Of a DNA stretch of 38,691 nucleotides, positions 22,423 to 32,644 are shown piece after piece. Position numbers and translations under genes: made by a program. The DNA comes from a virus: the IMG/VR virus record IMGVR_UViG_3300026902_000002. One strand, given 5' to 3'. Positions within the stretch are counted from its first letter, which is position 1. Each line of letters starts with the position of its first letter. The notes under the pieces were generated by a model, which was not told the DNA's origin, did not search any database, and was given only the letters and a program-made list of their open reading frames with translations.

Positions 22423-22839
22423 CTACACTATCGCCAGATAGTTCACAATCACCGATGCGGCATCTTCCCAAGAATAGCACACGGTCCATAGAAATCCTTG
22501 GGTTTGGGCAAATCTTCTAAACGCCGCCTGTTCTTCGGTTACTCCGCCCTTACTATAGGCACGAACTGGTTTCAGCGAAGGCTTCTTAAGCTCAATATAC
22601 AGTCCACTACACGCGCCACGTTTCACGGGTAAGAATACATCTGGTATTCCAGTCTTTACCCCCTGTGCTTTCATTTGTGCGCCACGAATAGCTCTACTTC
22701 GTGCGTCATCCCCACGACTGCCACCGTTTGCGATGTGGTGCATCCACTCAAGCTCTGGCCAGCGGTTAACTTGCGTATCCCTCCACTTGAAAAGCGCAAC
22801 TTGGTGGAAAGACTCTGTTTCAGATTTTGGTGTTTTCAT
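22423..22839 (-). CDS. VRR-NUC domain nuclease (138 aa)
   Basis: GIPDVFLP ... LYIELKKP (the D...E-x-K core), with C-terminal QAAFRRFAQTQGF. Confidence 0.75.
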   Translation of the reverse strand: MKTPKSETESFHQVALFKWRDTQVNRWPELEWMHHIANGGSRGDDARSRAIRGAQMKAQGVKTGIPDVFLPVKRGACSGLYIELKKPSLKPVRAYSKGGVTEEQAAFRRFAQTQGFLWTVCYSWEDAASVIVNYLAIV

Positions 22840-23177
22840 TATACCTTTCCTTTCTTAGCTAACTCTGCTTTCACCAGATTGTTTACCACCTTGATCGCTG
22901 CCTTGTCAGCACCCGTAGCCATAGCTTCAAGGATGTCCAGGATGAGTGGGAAGGACTCGGTAAGTTGAGTGGCAATAACGCGGTCAGCAGTAGCATTGGT
23001 GGAAGCTATTATCGCAGCAGTGATCTCAGCCGGCGTCTGTCCGGGGGTAGGAACATTACCCTTAGCTACCCATTTTTGGTATTCCGCGTAGTCTGTGTTT
23101 TGGGGATCAGCGGGAATGCTCGCACCGTCTGAAATTCTGGTGATCGATGTTGAGTTTTGGTTTAGTTTGTATGCCAT
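22839..23177 (-). CDS. 112-aa protein, possible tail-fibre accessory
   Basis: ORF track. Motif ISDGASIPADPQNTDYAEYQKWVAKGN, and position just downstream of the fibre gene. Confidence 0.6.
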   Translation of the reverse strand: MAYKLNQNSTSITRISDGASIPADPQNTDYAEYQKWVAKGNVPTPGQTPAEITAAIIASTNATADRVIATQLTESFPLILDILEAMATGADKAAIKVVNNLVKAELAKKGKV

Positions 23178-23186
23178 GATTTATCC

Positions 23187-24374
23187 TTATAGCTCAGATG
23201 TGGCGCTGAATGACGCCGCTATTGCTGATGAGGCATTGGTCTCTTGATATGTACCATGTACAGTCCCCGGATTAAGTGTTCCGCCATTGGTTGCCGACAA
23301 CGCCACGAATGTAGGGGTGGCTCGTTTAGTCTGCTTAAACGCCCACGGCGTATAGTATTGCGCTGCGTGTAAAACACCGTAAATGATTTCGTAGTATCTT
23401 TGACAAAGGCTTAACTCATGTCCAACACTCCGCACATCGAATTTCGTAGCAACCGAGCCAGCCTCTAGTTGCACTAAGGCAATGTTGAATACATTGGCAG
23501 TAGAATCCAGAGCGTTGACTTGGTTTGCCGTTGCAATGAAATTACCAGCAGCCCATGTGTTTGCTGTGGTTTGGAAGGTTGTACCCGCCATTAGTGAGAA
23601 ACATAAATCCAAACCAACACCAGTGTCATACCGCCATGTACCTGCTGTATCAACCGGGATTGTGATGGTCTTGTATTCCCAAGTGTTAGTGGCAACGATG
23701 GTGTATTCAGCGACGTAAGACCTACCTTGAGCGCCATTTGTAAACCCGACACAATGAATTCCAGTCTTAGTTCCTTTTACCCAAAAAGACAGTGTTACGT
23801 TTCTGCTACCAGCTTGTCCAAAACCAAATGGCGCGACGGTTAATCCCTCAATAAATTGCCGAAGTATGTAAAGATCACTCGCGGCAATCGAGGTATCGGC
23901 AGTAGTGACTGCTATACTTATACAATGCTGAGTAAAAATTCCAGCCTGTGCTGCGGTAGGGGAATCTGCTACCTTCGATGCTGTAGTTACAGCAGTTGTG
24001 GCATATCCAACAGCCCACCTATCTGCAAAATAAACATTACTGGCTATCGCAGGAAAGCTCGTACCACGTTGCCACGGGTTAATGGTGAAGTCACCGCCGA
24101 TGATTTTGTTTTTGAAGCCAATGCCAACGGCCGCCTGTACAAAAGCCGTAGTAGCGACCTGAGTAGTATTGGTGCCTTCTGCTGCGGTAGTTGCCGAGAA
24201 TGCTTGAGTGGATGAACCAGCTGTGACGGCTTTACTTGTGTTAAGAGTTTCAATTGCTGTCGCAATGTTATCGAACTCTACGTCTACCTCGGTTCCCCTT
24301 GCCCTCTTTAGGGGGTCACCTGTAGTCAGTGAATCTTTTGCTGCGAAATCAGTAATTTTGGTATAAATCGCCAT
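23187..24374 (-). CDS. Tail fibre protein (395 aa)
   Basis: N-terminus MAIYTKITDFAAKDSLTTGDPLKRARGTEVDVEFDNIATAI resembles conserved fibre N-termini. ORF 23187..24434 trimmed to the ATG at 24374, next to the upstream stop. Confidence 0.65.
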   Translation of the reverse strand: MAIYTKITDFAAKDSLTTGDPLKRARGTEVDVEFDNIATAIETLNTSKAVTAGSSTQAFSATTAAEGTNTTQVATTAFVQAAVGIGFKNKIIGGDFTINPWQRGTSFPAIASNVYFADRWAVGYATTAVTTASKVADSPTAAQAGIFTQHCISIAVTTADTSIAASDLYILRQFIEGLTVAPFGFGQAGSRNVTLSFWVKGTKTGIHCVGFTNGAQGRSYVAEYTIVATNTWEYKTITIPVDTAGTWRYDTGVGLDLCFSLMAGTTFQTTANTWAAGNFIATANQVNALDSTANVFNIALVQLEAGSVATKFDVRSVGHELSLCQRYYEIIYGVLHAAQYYTPWAFKQTKRATPTFVALSATNGGTLNPGTVHGTYQETNASSAIAASFSATSEL

Positions 24375-24375
24375 A

Positions 24376-25920
24376 TTAGTATTTCCCGTTTTTTGCCTGA
24401 ATGCCGACTTGCTGAATAGATACATTATTTCCACTTATGTCAACATCTATTCCAATCTGTACGACTTTGCCGGAACCGCGAATTGGTGCACGAAGGTTTG
24501 ATATCCCAATGCCCACTCCCCACTCACCAATTCCCCATTCGGCAACCCCCCATTCTGATAGCGATGCGCCACCTAGCCCCAGAACGAATGCTGTAGTAGG
24601 CGTACTGTCGAAATCAAACCGGACACTAAGTATCATTGGCTGGTCTACGTCACCTATCACGATGGCCGATACCTGCTTAATCAATGAAACACGCTGATCG
24701 TTTCCAAGATCGAGCCATGGTGAAAGATAACTAATTCGGTAACCTGCGCCATCATCGGAATAACCATTGTATTTGCCAATATACCCCGCTTTGCCCATGT
24801 ATAACTCTCTTTCGTCCGTATAAAGAAAAGCATACGCGGGGTTATCTATCCAAGTGGTTGCGCGTAGTGCGCCATTCTCCAACTTGATTCTGGTATTGAA
24901 ACAAAAGCCAATAAGTGAGTCAGGGAATGACAGTAAGTAAAAAGCATCCACCTGCGAATAGGCAGACTTTATTCTGGATGGGGAAGATTGACTACTTATG
25001 TAACCACGTATGTCGTTCCAAACATTTGCACTGATGTCACCAACAGGGGCGGATTTTTCCTGAATTGTACGCTCAAGTGATCTTACTCCACTGTCTGATA
25101 GAAAGATCAAATCGTCTTCTGTATTCTGAATTGTATCTCTTCCCGCGCAACCTATCCCCGCAATGACATCGTATAGGGCCATCGTTGATGGATTGTTCGC
25201 TCCCTGATATATTAATATTTGTCGTGCGCCAAAGATAATCAGAAAGTTGTTATGGGACGCAAGGGCCACAATTCGATCTGATCCATTTGGCCACACACCT
25301 TGCAGATCAAGGTAACCAGCAGTACCCGCTGTCCACTTGTGCTTGATCATGCTGTCGCACCAGGTAACTGTCATTCGGTTCGTGGTTGTGTCAGCGCACC
25401 AGATCCGCCCATAGGCACTGATTGCACAATTTGCCAGAGGTACGGTACCAGTGTAGCTTGGGTGCTCACTTAGCCGCCGATAGGTCGTTGTAGATAATGC
25501 AGGGTCGAACAACAGTGGGTCATGACCTAGTTGGAAGAATACTGCCGATCCCGCAAGACTTACCAGTTGCCAATTGTTACCTGTGATTGTTGGCGCTGCC
25601 CCACCCCCACCGTAAGTAAGCGTGACAATCGAGCTTCCTGATAACTTGAAAAGATTATTCGCCCCTGCTGCAAGAATCGTCCTTGCCCCATCTATTGCAA
25701 TTAGTTCCCCAAGTGCCTCTATGTTACTTTGACCAAGTTGCGCATTCGTGTTGCTACTTACTCTGACACCCCCCTTCCTTGCACAAGTTCTACCAGATTG
25801 ATCTATTACGCAATTGATGGCAGTAAGCGCAAATTGTGCGTCCATGCCCACCGGACTATCACTGGTATTTACTCCGGCATATCCTGGCTTGTCGATAGAG
25901 AAGGTTAGGATCGGCTGCAT
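24376..25920 (-). CDS. Tail tubular protein B (nozzle, T7 gp12-like), 514 aa, tentative
   Basis: Position immediately after a gp11-like gene, plus size. Confidence 0.55.
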   Translation of the reverse strand: MQPILTFSIDKPGYAGVNTSDSPVGMDAQFALTAINCVIDQSGRTCARKGGVRVSSNTNAQLGQSNIEALGELIAIDGARTILAAGANNLFKLSGSSIVTLTYGGGGAAPTITGNNWQLVSLAGSAVFFQLGHDPLLFDPALSTTTYRRLSEHPSYTGTVPLANCAISAYGRIWCADTTTNRMTVTWCDSMIKHKWTAGTAGYLDLQGVWPNGSDRIVALASHNNFLIIFGARQILIYQGANNPSTMALYDVIAGIGCAGRDTIQNTEDDLIFLSDSGVRSLERTIQEKSAPVGDISANVWNDIRGYISSQSSPSRIKSAYSQVDAFYLLSFPDSLIGFCFNTRIKLENGALRATTWIDNPAYAFLYTDERELYMGKAGYIGKYNGYSDDGAGYRISYLSPWLDLGNDQRVSLIKQVSAIVIGDVDQPMILSVRFDFDSTPTTAFVLGLGGASLSEWGVAEWGIGEWGVGIGISNLRAPIRGSGKVVQIGIDVDISGNNVSIQQVGIQAKNGKY

Positions 25921-26552
25921 TATACAGGCACCATCTGTAGGCCATCGGCCTCCATTGCGACGGCATCGGATAAACTTGACCTAAATAGCTGGTATAATTC
26001 AGAACTACTCATCCCAGTATCTTCTCCTCTTTCCAGTGCGGCTCTTGCATGCGCACCAAGTAATATCAAATGCGGATCTACTTTTGGCGTATCATTATTG
26101 CTCACCATATCACCAGAATTGATATATGCGTTCACGAATAATAGATATTCCCCATCGGGAACAGGCGACAACTTTATATAACTGTCTGTCCCATTGGTGC
26201 CGCTCCACGCATAATACAAAGGTCTTCCAAATATGGCAGGTGCAATCATTGTCTGACTTGTAATCCATGATAATGGCCTACTCTGCAATGCCGCATACTG
26301 TGAGCTATTGTATACTTCAGTAAACCGTTGACGTATCCCTGAGTTGGGCAGCAGATACACGTCAGTCATGTTTGCCGTGGTGAACCCCAATGTCTGATGC
26401 AGTACTCGCCAATGCCATGTATTTTCTATTTCTCGCATTGTGTCGTTGATGAATATCCCAACAATTTTTGAATACTTGGTCGAGTCCACAGACGACACTT
26501 GGTCTTCACCAAGCCTAACCAATATGTTATTAACCATTTGAAGAAACGTCAT
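25920..26552 (-). CDS. Tail tubular protein A / adaptor (T7 gp11-like), 210 aa
   Basis: MVNNILVRLGEDQVSS...INDTMREIENTWHW, compared with the T7 gp11 pattern VNDILASIGEPPVS...INRQIQSRGW as recalled from memory. Confidence 0.6.
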   Translation of the reverse strand: MTFLQMVNNILVRLGEDQVSSVDSTKYSKIVGIFINDTMREIENTWHWRVLHQTLGFTTANMTDVYLLPNSGIRQRFTEVYNSSQYAALQSRPLSWITSQTMIAPAIFGRPLYYAWSGTNGTDSYIKLSPVPDGEYLLFVNAYINSGDMVSNNDTPKVDPHLILLGAHARAALERGEDTGMSSSELYQLFRSSLSDAVAMEADGLQMVPV

Positions 26553-28516
26553 CTGTTATCATCTCCTGACATTAGGCCGCCCTGAGTAAGGACTGTATTG
26601 GAAGTCGGATTCAACAGCATTTCGGCCGTAGGTGATAGGTAAGGTGCCCTATCCCATAAATCCAGTAGAGCCTGAGGTGTCAACATAGCGCGTCCAATAT
26701 CTTGGTGTATTCTCTTATTGATTCCGGTCTTTATTATGTCCCCTGCCGCATTGGTTAGGGCTATGCCAGGCTTTAGCATATTTGGAATACGTGGCCAATG
26801 TCCACCTTCCGCTAAGATCTGAGTTGCTGCAATGTCTCCTTCCTTGGCATACCCTGACAGCATCGAATCTCTATCCAACTGGCGAGTAATTTCCCTATAC
26901 GCCTCGGCCTGTCTTCCCATCTTTTTACCAAGGTCATGGCTGTTATTGCCCGGGCCAAATACAGATTCAAGTGCATCTGGTGAATCCCCTCGTCCAAAAT
27001 CAGCTAGGCTCTTGTCAGAAGCCTTTTGCATTTTCTGAGCAATTTCCATTTTCTCAATTACTCGCTTACCTTTTGCGAAATTTCGGAGGTAGTCTGACCA
27101 TTCTTTTGTACCAGTTGCTTTATTGATTACATCATCGCTGAGTGGCTTGAATTTACGCAGTGCTCTGGAAACGTCACCTTTTACTTTGGTATCCGCACCC
27201 TTCATTGCTGTCTCAATTGCGTCACTTATGCCAGCTTGCCGTAGCTGATGTATATCCTGTGCTGTCAGGTACCCCCCATTTGCTTTCTCGGCTGCGGATA
27301 TTCTTCCACCAAGGTCATTCAGTACTGCTTCCACATGTGGACGAATACTTGGCGAAAACTCGCCTTTTGTCCTGCTAATCTGCTCTAAAAATGGCTTTGC
27401 TGTAATCGCATTTGGCGGAACGTTCTTTTCCAACTCACGTGTTACCAAGTCAATCACTTTCTTTGATGCGCCGACTTCTTTCAAGGTAGTTATTTTTTCA
27501 TTATTGGCTTTCATGATGGGAACGTGCGCGTTTGCTCGATCCATTATATCCTGACGAACTGGGTCGAGCTTTGCGTTTAGTGCAGCATTCTGCGCACCTT
27601 GTGCAGTTATTGAGCCTTCTTGTGTACTGCCTCCTGCGAACTTGTCAATAAGACCTCTGCGCCATCCCTCTTGAGCGAGTCGCATGTTTCCGTAGCTATC
27701 GACAAAATCAGGATGTCGCGATACGATTTCCTCCAACGCAGGGAATGTCCTGCTTTGAGTAGGGCCAGCGGCCTGCGACGCAGTGATATCGTTTCTTCCT
27801 GTAGCCGCATAATCTCTTATGTTCTGAATAGCAGTTGGATTATCTCCCATGGTCCGCTTGGTGATTGCCGTTGCGCGGTTAAGGTGAGGTTCCATTATTT
27901 TACCTACGATATTGCTTACATAGGGCCTTGCTTTACCTGCCAAATAAGGTGCACCAAAGCCTATTAGAGCAGGCGCAGCAGCACCCACAAAATTCGCTGT
28001 GGCGTCACGTGCCCATCCAGGGTTCTCTCCTCTGATACTCTCGGCAATAAGGTCTGTTCCACCGCCAAGGGTAGCGGCATAGGAGAGCGCATTCTGTGCG
28101 GCGTTTATTGGATTGTAGGGCGATGTTCCGACATCTGATAATGGAGGAAGTACTATTTTGTCCCTTACGGCCTGTTGTACTCTGGCAGGGGCTTCTCCAT
28201 CTGATTGCCCACCCGGCAACGCCTGACGAACAATTTCGCCAATACCGGCAATTCCACCGATGCCCGTTGCCGCAATTTCAGAACCCATTCGCAAGATTGG
28301 CTCAAGTACCATCCCTGCACCAGATTCCTCATATTCCTTTTTCATTCTTGCGTCATGTTTCGCAAGTTCGTCTGCTCCATCAGAGGGCTGCGACTTGAGG
28401 TATTGCCTATACTGCTCGTCACCCATCTGTTGGGCCTGTTCGAGTGTTACGTCATCATCGACTTCCATTTCAAAGATACGGCCATCGGGCGCTTCATATT
28501 CTGCAATTTTTGGCAT
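26549..28516 (-). CDS. Internal virion / ejection protein (655 aa)
   Basis: Size, position between the capsid and tail tube genes, and helical composition. Confidence 0.55.
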   Translation of the reverse strand: MPKIAEYEAPDGRIFEMEVDDDVTLEQAQQMGDEQYRQYLKSQPSDGADELAKHDARMKKEYEESGAGMVLEPILRMGSEIAATGIGGIAGIGEIVRQALPGGQSDGEAPARVQQAVRDKIVLPPLSDVGTSPYNPINAAQNALSYAATLGGGTDLIAESIRGENPGWARDATANFVGAAAPALIGFGAPYLAGKARPYVSNIVGKIMEPHLNRATAITKRTMGDNPTAIQNIRDYAATGRNDITASQAAGPTQSRTFPALEEIVSRHPDFVDSYGNMRLAQEGWRRGLIDKFAGGSTQEGSITAQGAQNAALNAKLDPVRQDIMDRANAHVPIMKANNEKITTLKEVGASKKVIDLVTRELEKNVPPNAITAKPFLEQISRTKGEFSPSIRPHVEAVLNDLGGRISAAEKANGGYLTAQDIHQLRQAGISDAIETAMKGADTKVKGDVSRALRKFKPLSDDVINKATGTKEWSDYLRNFAKGKRVIEKMEIAQKMQKASDKSLADFGRGDSPDALESVFGPGNNSHDLGKKMGRQAEAYREITRQLDRDSMLSGYAKEGDIAATQILAEGGHWPRIPNMLKPGIALTNAAGDIIKTGINKRIHQDIGRAMLTPQALLDLWDRAPYLSPTAEMLLNPTSNTVLTQGGLMSGDDNR

Positions 28517-28518
28517 AT

Positions 28519-29703
28519 CTACTCACCCTTTGGCCTAAAATTTCTAACTTTTCCCATTGGTGGACTACTGGATACCGCTGGATCATTGCGAGATGCACCA
28601 ATATCGGCTTCAGTAATTGGCTCCCACACAACTCTCTCCTTGAATCCTTTTGTTTTACCAAAGTGCTCATTGTATCTGTCTATTTCGTCATTTACGCCGT
28701 TCACCAAGTGTTCTGCTACTTTGTTCAACTGACGAACTGTAAATTTTGCACCTCGGCCTGTCTTTACGTTGGCAATAGAATCTGCCGCAATTGGCCATTC
28801 CTGTAACGTCATTGTGCCCACAGATCCACCGAGTAGGGTTTTTATGTCAGCAACACCTACCTTTTTCAATGTTTGTTGTATTTCTGACAGCAAATCATTG
28901 GCTCGTTGGGTATCACCGGGCGCATACCTATAACCCTGCTCTATCGGATGAACCAGGTTACTAAACCCAGGCTCTTTCACAAGTGATTTAAGTTTACCAA
29001 ATACCTCAGAGGAAAGGCCATCCATCGCCTCAATACGTGTATTTCTCTTAGCCCAATCAACCTCTAATTTTTCGCTTAGTTTTTGCTTCCCGTCTTCTTT
29101 TTTTGCACCAATTTTCATCTCCTCCAGTCGCGCCCTTGCGGCGTTATCTGCGTTATTCATCCTCTCCATTAACGCATTACGATCATTTGTGGCCTGTGCT
29201 CTTGCAGCAATACTTTGCGCAGTGTTTTCGGCAGAAGCCTTTCGTATGGCGGCGGTGTTTTCAAGAGATCGCATTTTTTCCTCATGTTTCCAACCGGGCA
29301 ACTTTAGCGCGTTGTCTGTCCTTGCCGCGTTAAGTCTTCCTTGCTCAAGCTGGCTCTGTCTCTCCTGAGCGGCTTGAGTATATGCAACAGCCATCTTGGT
29401 ATTCCCAACACTATTGAACCTTTCTGCACCTTTCAGTAAACCTTCTGGGGTAGAGTGGTCAATCCCCTTCTGGATGAAACTAACCTGTTCTGCTTCTGAT
29501 ACATCTGGGTTTTCTAATCCGAGCATATTTGCAACAGGTCTGGCAAACCCTGCGCCCGCCATTCCCATCATGTATTTTGACGCACTGAGTGGATCAAGTT
29601 TAGCAAGCTCTAAGGCATCTTGTTGGGAAGACCGAAATTGCTCACGGTCTGCCTCGTAGGGGCTTCTTCCGATCATTGAAGGTATCATTCCACCATTTGC
29701 CAT
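28519..29703 (-). CDS. Internal virion protein (394 aa)
   Basis: Position; coiled-coil-like composition. Confidence 0.55.
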   Translation of the reverse strand: MANGGMIPSMIGRSPYEADREQFRSSQQDALELAKLDPLSASKYMMGMAGAGFARPVANMLGLENPDVSEAEQVSFIQKGIDHSTPEGLLKGAERFNSVGNTKMAVAYTQAAQERQSQLEQGRLNAARTDNALKLPGWKHEEKMRSLENTAAIRKASAENTAQSIAARAQATNDRNALMERMNNADNAARARLEEMKIGAKKEDGKQKLSEKLEVDWAKRNTRIEAMDGLSSEVFGKLKSLVKEPGFSNLVHPIEQGYRYAPGDTQRANDLLSEIQQTLKKVGVADIKTLLGGSVGTMTLQEWPIAADSIANVKTGRGAKFTVRQLNKVAEHLVNGVNDEIDRYNEHFGKTKGFKERVVWEPITEADIGASRNDPAVSSSPPMGKVRNFRPKGE

Positions 29704-29704
29704 A

Positions 29705-31006
29705 TTACCCCCACTTAGCCCTTGCTTGCGCTTCAGCGTCAGCCTTGGTCCTCATATCGTAATTTTTACCAAGGGTTGACCCCAACATGCCCAATCCGTA
29801 TGCGTATGGATTATACGCGTTAGATTGGTACATCGAGTTAGCTGCATCCGTTGTTCCGGCGGCCAATAGCTGCCCTGACCGATCTCTTGCCGCAGTCCCT
29901 TTTGCGCCTATATCTATGCCCATATCCATGGCATTCTGAGCAAGTCCTTCAAGTTTTACTTGGCCACCTAATGCGGCATTGTAGGGGGAAAACGAATTGG
30001 TTTGGTTATTGTAGTAATTCGACATCATGTTTCCACCAGCGGTCGTCATGTCTACGCCAAATTTGGAATAATCCATGCCTCCCGCTGTGGAGTCTGCTGC
30101 CAACTGTAAGTCCTGCATCCGTTGGGCATTATAATAGGCGTCCATCTCTGGGTTGGATGGCCTAAATCCGCCATCTGTTGTACCACCTACAGCAAGCCCC
30201 TGCCTGCCCTGTCCCTGCAACGTGGATATTAACTCAGCGAGGCTTCTCTCCCTTGACGGATTAATGAGCGCCATCTGATCTTCCATGTACTTTCTTGCTT
30301 GATCCTGTGGCGAGGTACTCATATAGCTATTCCCTAACGACATAGCTCTCTTTCCGCCATCGAATAGCCCAATATTGTCAGTAGGGGATCTATTGAACTG
30401 CGCCATCCCTGAATCAATCATTGGAGTCAATCTATCTTGTAGGGATTTTGTTTGCTGTGATGGATTGTATCCGGCACTAATGATATTGCCGTCCTGATCC
30501 ATGTCGAACTTTGATGATCCATAACGGGTTGTTACACCAACAGGTCTAAACTTGGCAGCGTCCGCAGCAATACGGGCAGCCTCAATTTGTGAGTTCGCCA
30601 GTGATTTGGATGCGTCCTTCGCGCTGTTTGCGGATAATAGTCCTCCGCCGACCATTGCGCCAGTTGTTGCAATATTGCCCCATCCACCAAGTGCGTCAAC
30701 CATGCCGCCACCTGCCGGTAGCATGCCACCAAGGCTTGGTACCGATGACGACACCAACTGACCCGCTGCGTTAACATATGACCCGGCAGTGCTAGCAGTA
30801 GTAGCACCAGCCGCTAACGTAGATGCCACATAAGGGGCAGCAAAATATACACCGGTCGCGGCTACGCCCACCTTTGCGACCCGTTTCCAGTCGTTCTCGT
30901 TTCCGGGGATCTTACCTACCAAGTTCCCAGTTGCATTTCCAATGCTGTCCGATGCGCTACTTACGCTTTCTCTGGCATCCTTGTATCGCTCGCTTACCCA
31001 ACTCAT
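29705..31006 (-). CDS. Internal virion protein, Gly/Ala-rich (433 aa)
   Basis: Position; composition. Confidence 0.55.
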   Translation of the reverse strand: MSWVSERYKDARESVSSASDSIGNATGNLVGKIPGNENDWKRVAKVGVAATGVYFAAPYVASTLAAGATTASTAGSYVNAAGQLVSSSVPSLGGMLPAGGGMVDALGGWGNIATTGAMVGGGLLSANSAKDASKSLANSQIEAARIAADAAKFRPVGVTTRYGSSKFDMDQDGNIISAGYNPSQQTKSLQDRLTPMIDSGMAQFNRSPTDNIGLFDGGKRAMSLGNSYMSTSPQDQARKYMEDQMALINPSRERSLAELISTLQGQGRQGLAVGGTTDGGFRPSNPEMDAYYNAQRMQDLQLAADSTAGGMDYSKFGVDMTTAGGNMMSNYYNNQTNSFSPYNAALGGQVKLEGLAQNAMDMGIDIGAKGTAARDRSGQLLAAGTTDAANSMYQSNAYNPYAYGLGMLGSTLGKNYDMRTKADAEAQARAKWG

Positions 31007-31269
31007 TGTTCGAGGACTCCTTTTTGTCTCAGCATTTCCTCATGGGCAGGGTTTGTTTCTTTCAGCTCGCCATTCTCTATGTACCCAATCAGCGCTCTTT
31101 CTGGTGTGACCACCATCATCCCGTCATCTGAAACAAACATTGTATTGCCTTCATAGGTCAATACCCCATCTTTGACAGGTACAATATCATTCTCTACTTT
31201 TATTTCGCCATTGTAAGGACTTCTCCCAGGAGAAGCACCTCCCGTAAGCATTCCTTCGGGTTGTGGCAT
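31003..31269 (-). CDS. 88-aa late protein, unknown function
   Basis: ORF track; ATGA-type overlap. Confidence 0.6.
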   Translation of the reverse strand: MPQPEGMLTGGASPGRSPYNGEIKVENDIVPVKDGVLTYEGNTMFVSDDGMMVVTPERALIGYIENGELKETNPAHEEMLRQKGVLEQ

Positions 31270-31272
31270 AGA

Positions 31273-31524
31273 TTATTCCTCAGTTATGGGGAGAGCGGAG
31301 ACTGTAACTGGGCGGTAAGGCGCAACATCGCAATTATGCTTTGTGTATTTTCGTTTTGCTGTAAGAGTTTGCAGCTGATCGTTTTCTGAAATTTTAGCAG
31401 GCTTCTCGTTTTCTAATACTTCTTCGTACCCCTCGTGCGCCCTTAATCCTTGGATATCACCTTCGTTGATAAATGATACAAGATTTCCTGATCGCTTACA
31501 TCTAAATGTTGTCATATTATCCAC
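31273..31524 (-). CDS. 83-aa late protein, unknown function
   Basis: ORF track. Confidence 0.6.
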   Translation of the reverse strand: MDNMTTFRCKRSGNLVSFINEGDIQGLRAHEGYEEVLENEKPAKISENDQLQTLTAKRKYTKHNCDVAPYRPVTVSALPITEE

Positions 31525-31541
31525 CGTTTTACTTTTATTTA

Positions 31542-31576
31542 CTGTAGGCCGATTGAGAATATCAGTCAGCCTACAG
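31542..31576 (-). other. 8-bp stem-loop (CTGTAGGC..19 nt..GCCTACAG) immediately downstream of the major capsid gene
   Basis: Direct reading. No U-tract follows on the transcribed strand, so it is more likely a partial terminator or RNA-stability element. Confidence 0.5.
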
Positions 31577-31590
31577 CAACACTTTACCTA

Positions 31591-32622
31591 TTATGCAGGT
31601 ACAATTATAGCAACACCAGCATAGTCACGCAGCTCTTTTGTGCCAAACACGGTATCTGCCGTAACCAATGTTCCCAGATATTCTTGTTTGTATTGAGACT
31701 GAGTTCGCACCTTTTGTTGCGTGGCTAACGCAAGGGCGTCTTTGTGCAGCAGTAAACAGGCACGGTACTTTGTGTCAGTTGGGGACGATGTTGCCCAGTC
31801 CACAGTAAGACCGAATGCGTCAGCAAATGATGCACCAGTTGGCGCGGCTGACGTAAAAGTTACAGACTGCGTACTTGTCACACTATTTCGGTGAATCCAT
31901 GGGCAATTCGAGGTCCCGATCACCTCGACACCATATAGATTACCAATTCGCCCTGTGATCAGCGTAGAACCATCGCCCCTAAATGCGTCCTGCGTAAACC
32001 TGTCAATTCCACGGATGACCGAAGCCTCAACAGGTGGGATTACGAATGACAGTTCATCCGTGGCGTAGTCATTATCCTCAAGTGACTGAATTGCCTTGCG
32101 TAAACCAGCGTCCGTAAGAGCAGTACCGTTATTGCCTGACCCTGAAAATGCGGTCACGCCGTCACCACCAATTACGGCAGTTTCGTAAAGGTTGGTTGCT
32201 CCCGCAATACTTCCACCGTTTAGACCAGCGCCCAATAGGTGCAGGGTTTGGTCTATTTTTCTCGCCAAGGCATACCCCGCATCTTCGGTATAGAATCGTC
32301 GCATTGACGATTTTGCCTGAAGTTGCGAAATATCCTCATACAGCTTTGAGTATTCCCAATGTTGATCAATGAGTACGGCAATGTCAGTGGCGGTATCCGT
32401 GACCAGCGTTACTTGGGTGTTCGCTAACTTTTGTGACGCATTTCCTCTACCTGGCACTGGGATATGCAAAGTGTCGTATTTTTTACCAACAAATGAGATA
32501 TTGGTGACAAGGCGAGCAAGGGCTAGTTTCTTTTCCTTTGCTGCAATTACCTCGTCACTCCATTGCTCGGCAATAAACGCCGAATCCGTTGTGGTGGTTT
32601 GGTGACCTGATCCTAATGCCAT
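31591..32622 (-). CDS. Major capsid protein (343 aa)
   Basis: Follows the scaffold gene. Size and sequence pattern are consistent with T7-like/HK97-fold capsid proteins. Confidence 0.75.
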   Translation of the reverse strand: MALGSGHQTTTTDSAFIAEQWSDEVIAAKEKKLALARLVTNISFVGKKYDTLHIPVPGRGNASQKLANTQVTLVTDTATDIAVLIDQHWEYSKLYEDISQLQAKSSMRRFYTEDAGYALARKIDQTLHLLGAGLNGGSIAGATNLYETAVIGGDGVTAFSGSGNNGTALTDAGLRKAIQSLEDNDYATDELSFVIPPVEASVIRGIDRFTQDAFRGDGSTLITGRIGNLYGVEVIGTSNCPWIHRNSVTSTQSVTFTSAAPTGASFADAFGLTVDWATSSPTDTKYRACLLLHKDALALATQQKVRTQSQYKQEYLGTLVTADTVFGTKELRDYAGVAIIVPA

Positions 32623-32644
32623 ATTATTTAACTCCTATAATCAA

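Noticed and set aside
17328-24374. Diversity-generating retroelement near the tail fibre genes, as in BPP-1-like podophages
   Set aside because: There is no reverse transcriptase anywhere in the window, and I saw no template/variable repeat pair at the 3' ends of the fibre or spike genes.
28205-28806. Plus-strand ORFs of 175, 120 and 92 aa antisense to the internal virion protein genes; similarly 33890..34435 and 34639..35067 antisense to the portal gene
   Set aside because: They lie within long, well-supported minus-strand genes of the late operon. They have no SD and odd composition, so they are most likely chance antisense ORFs.
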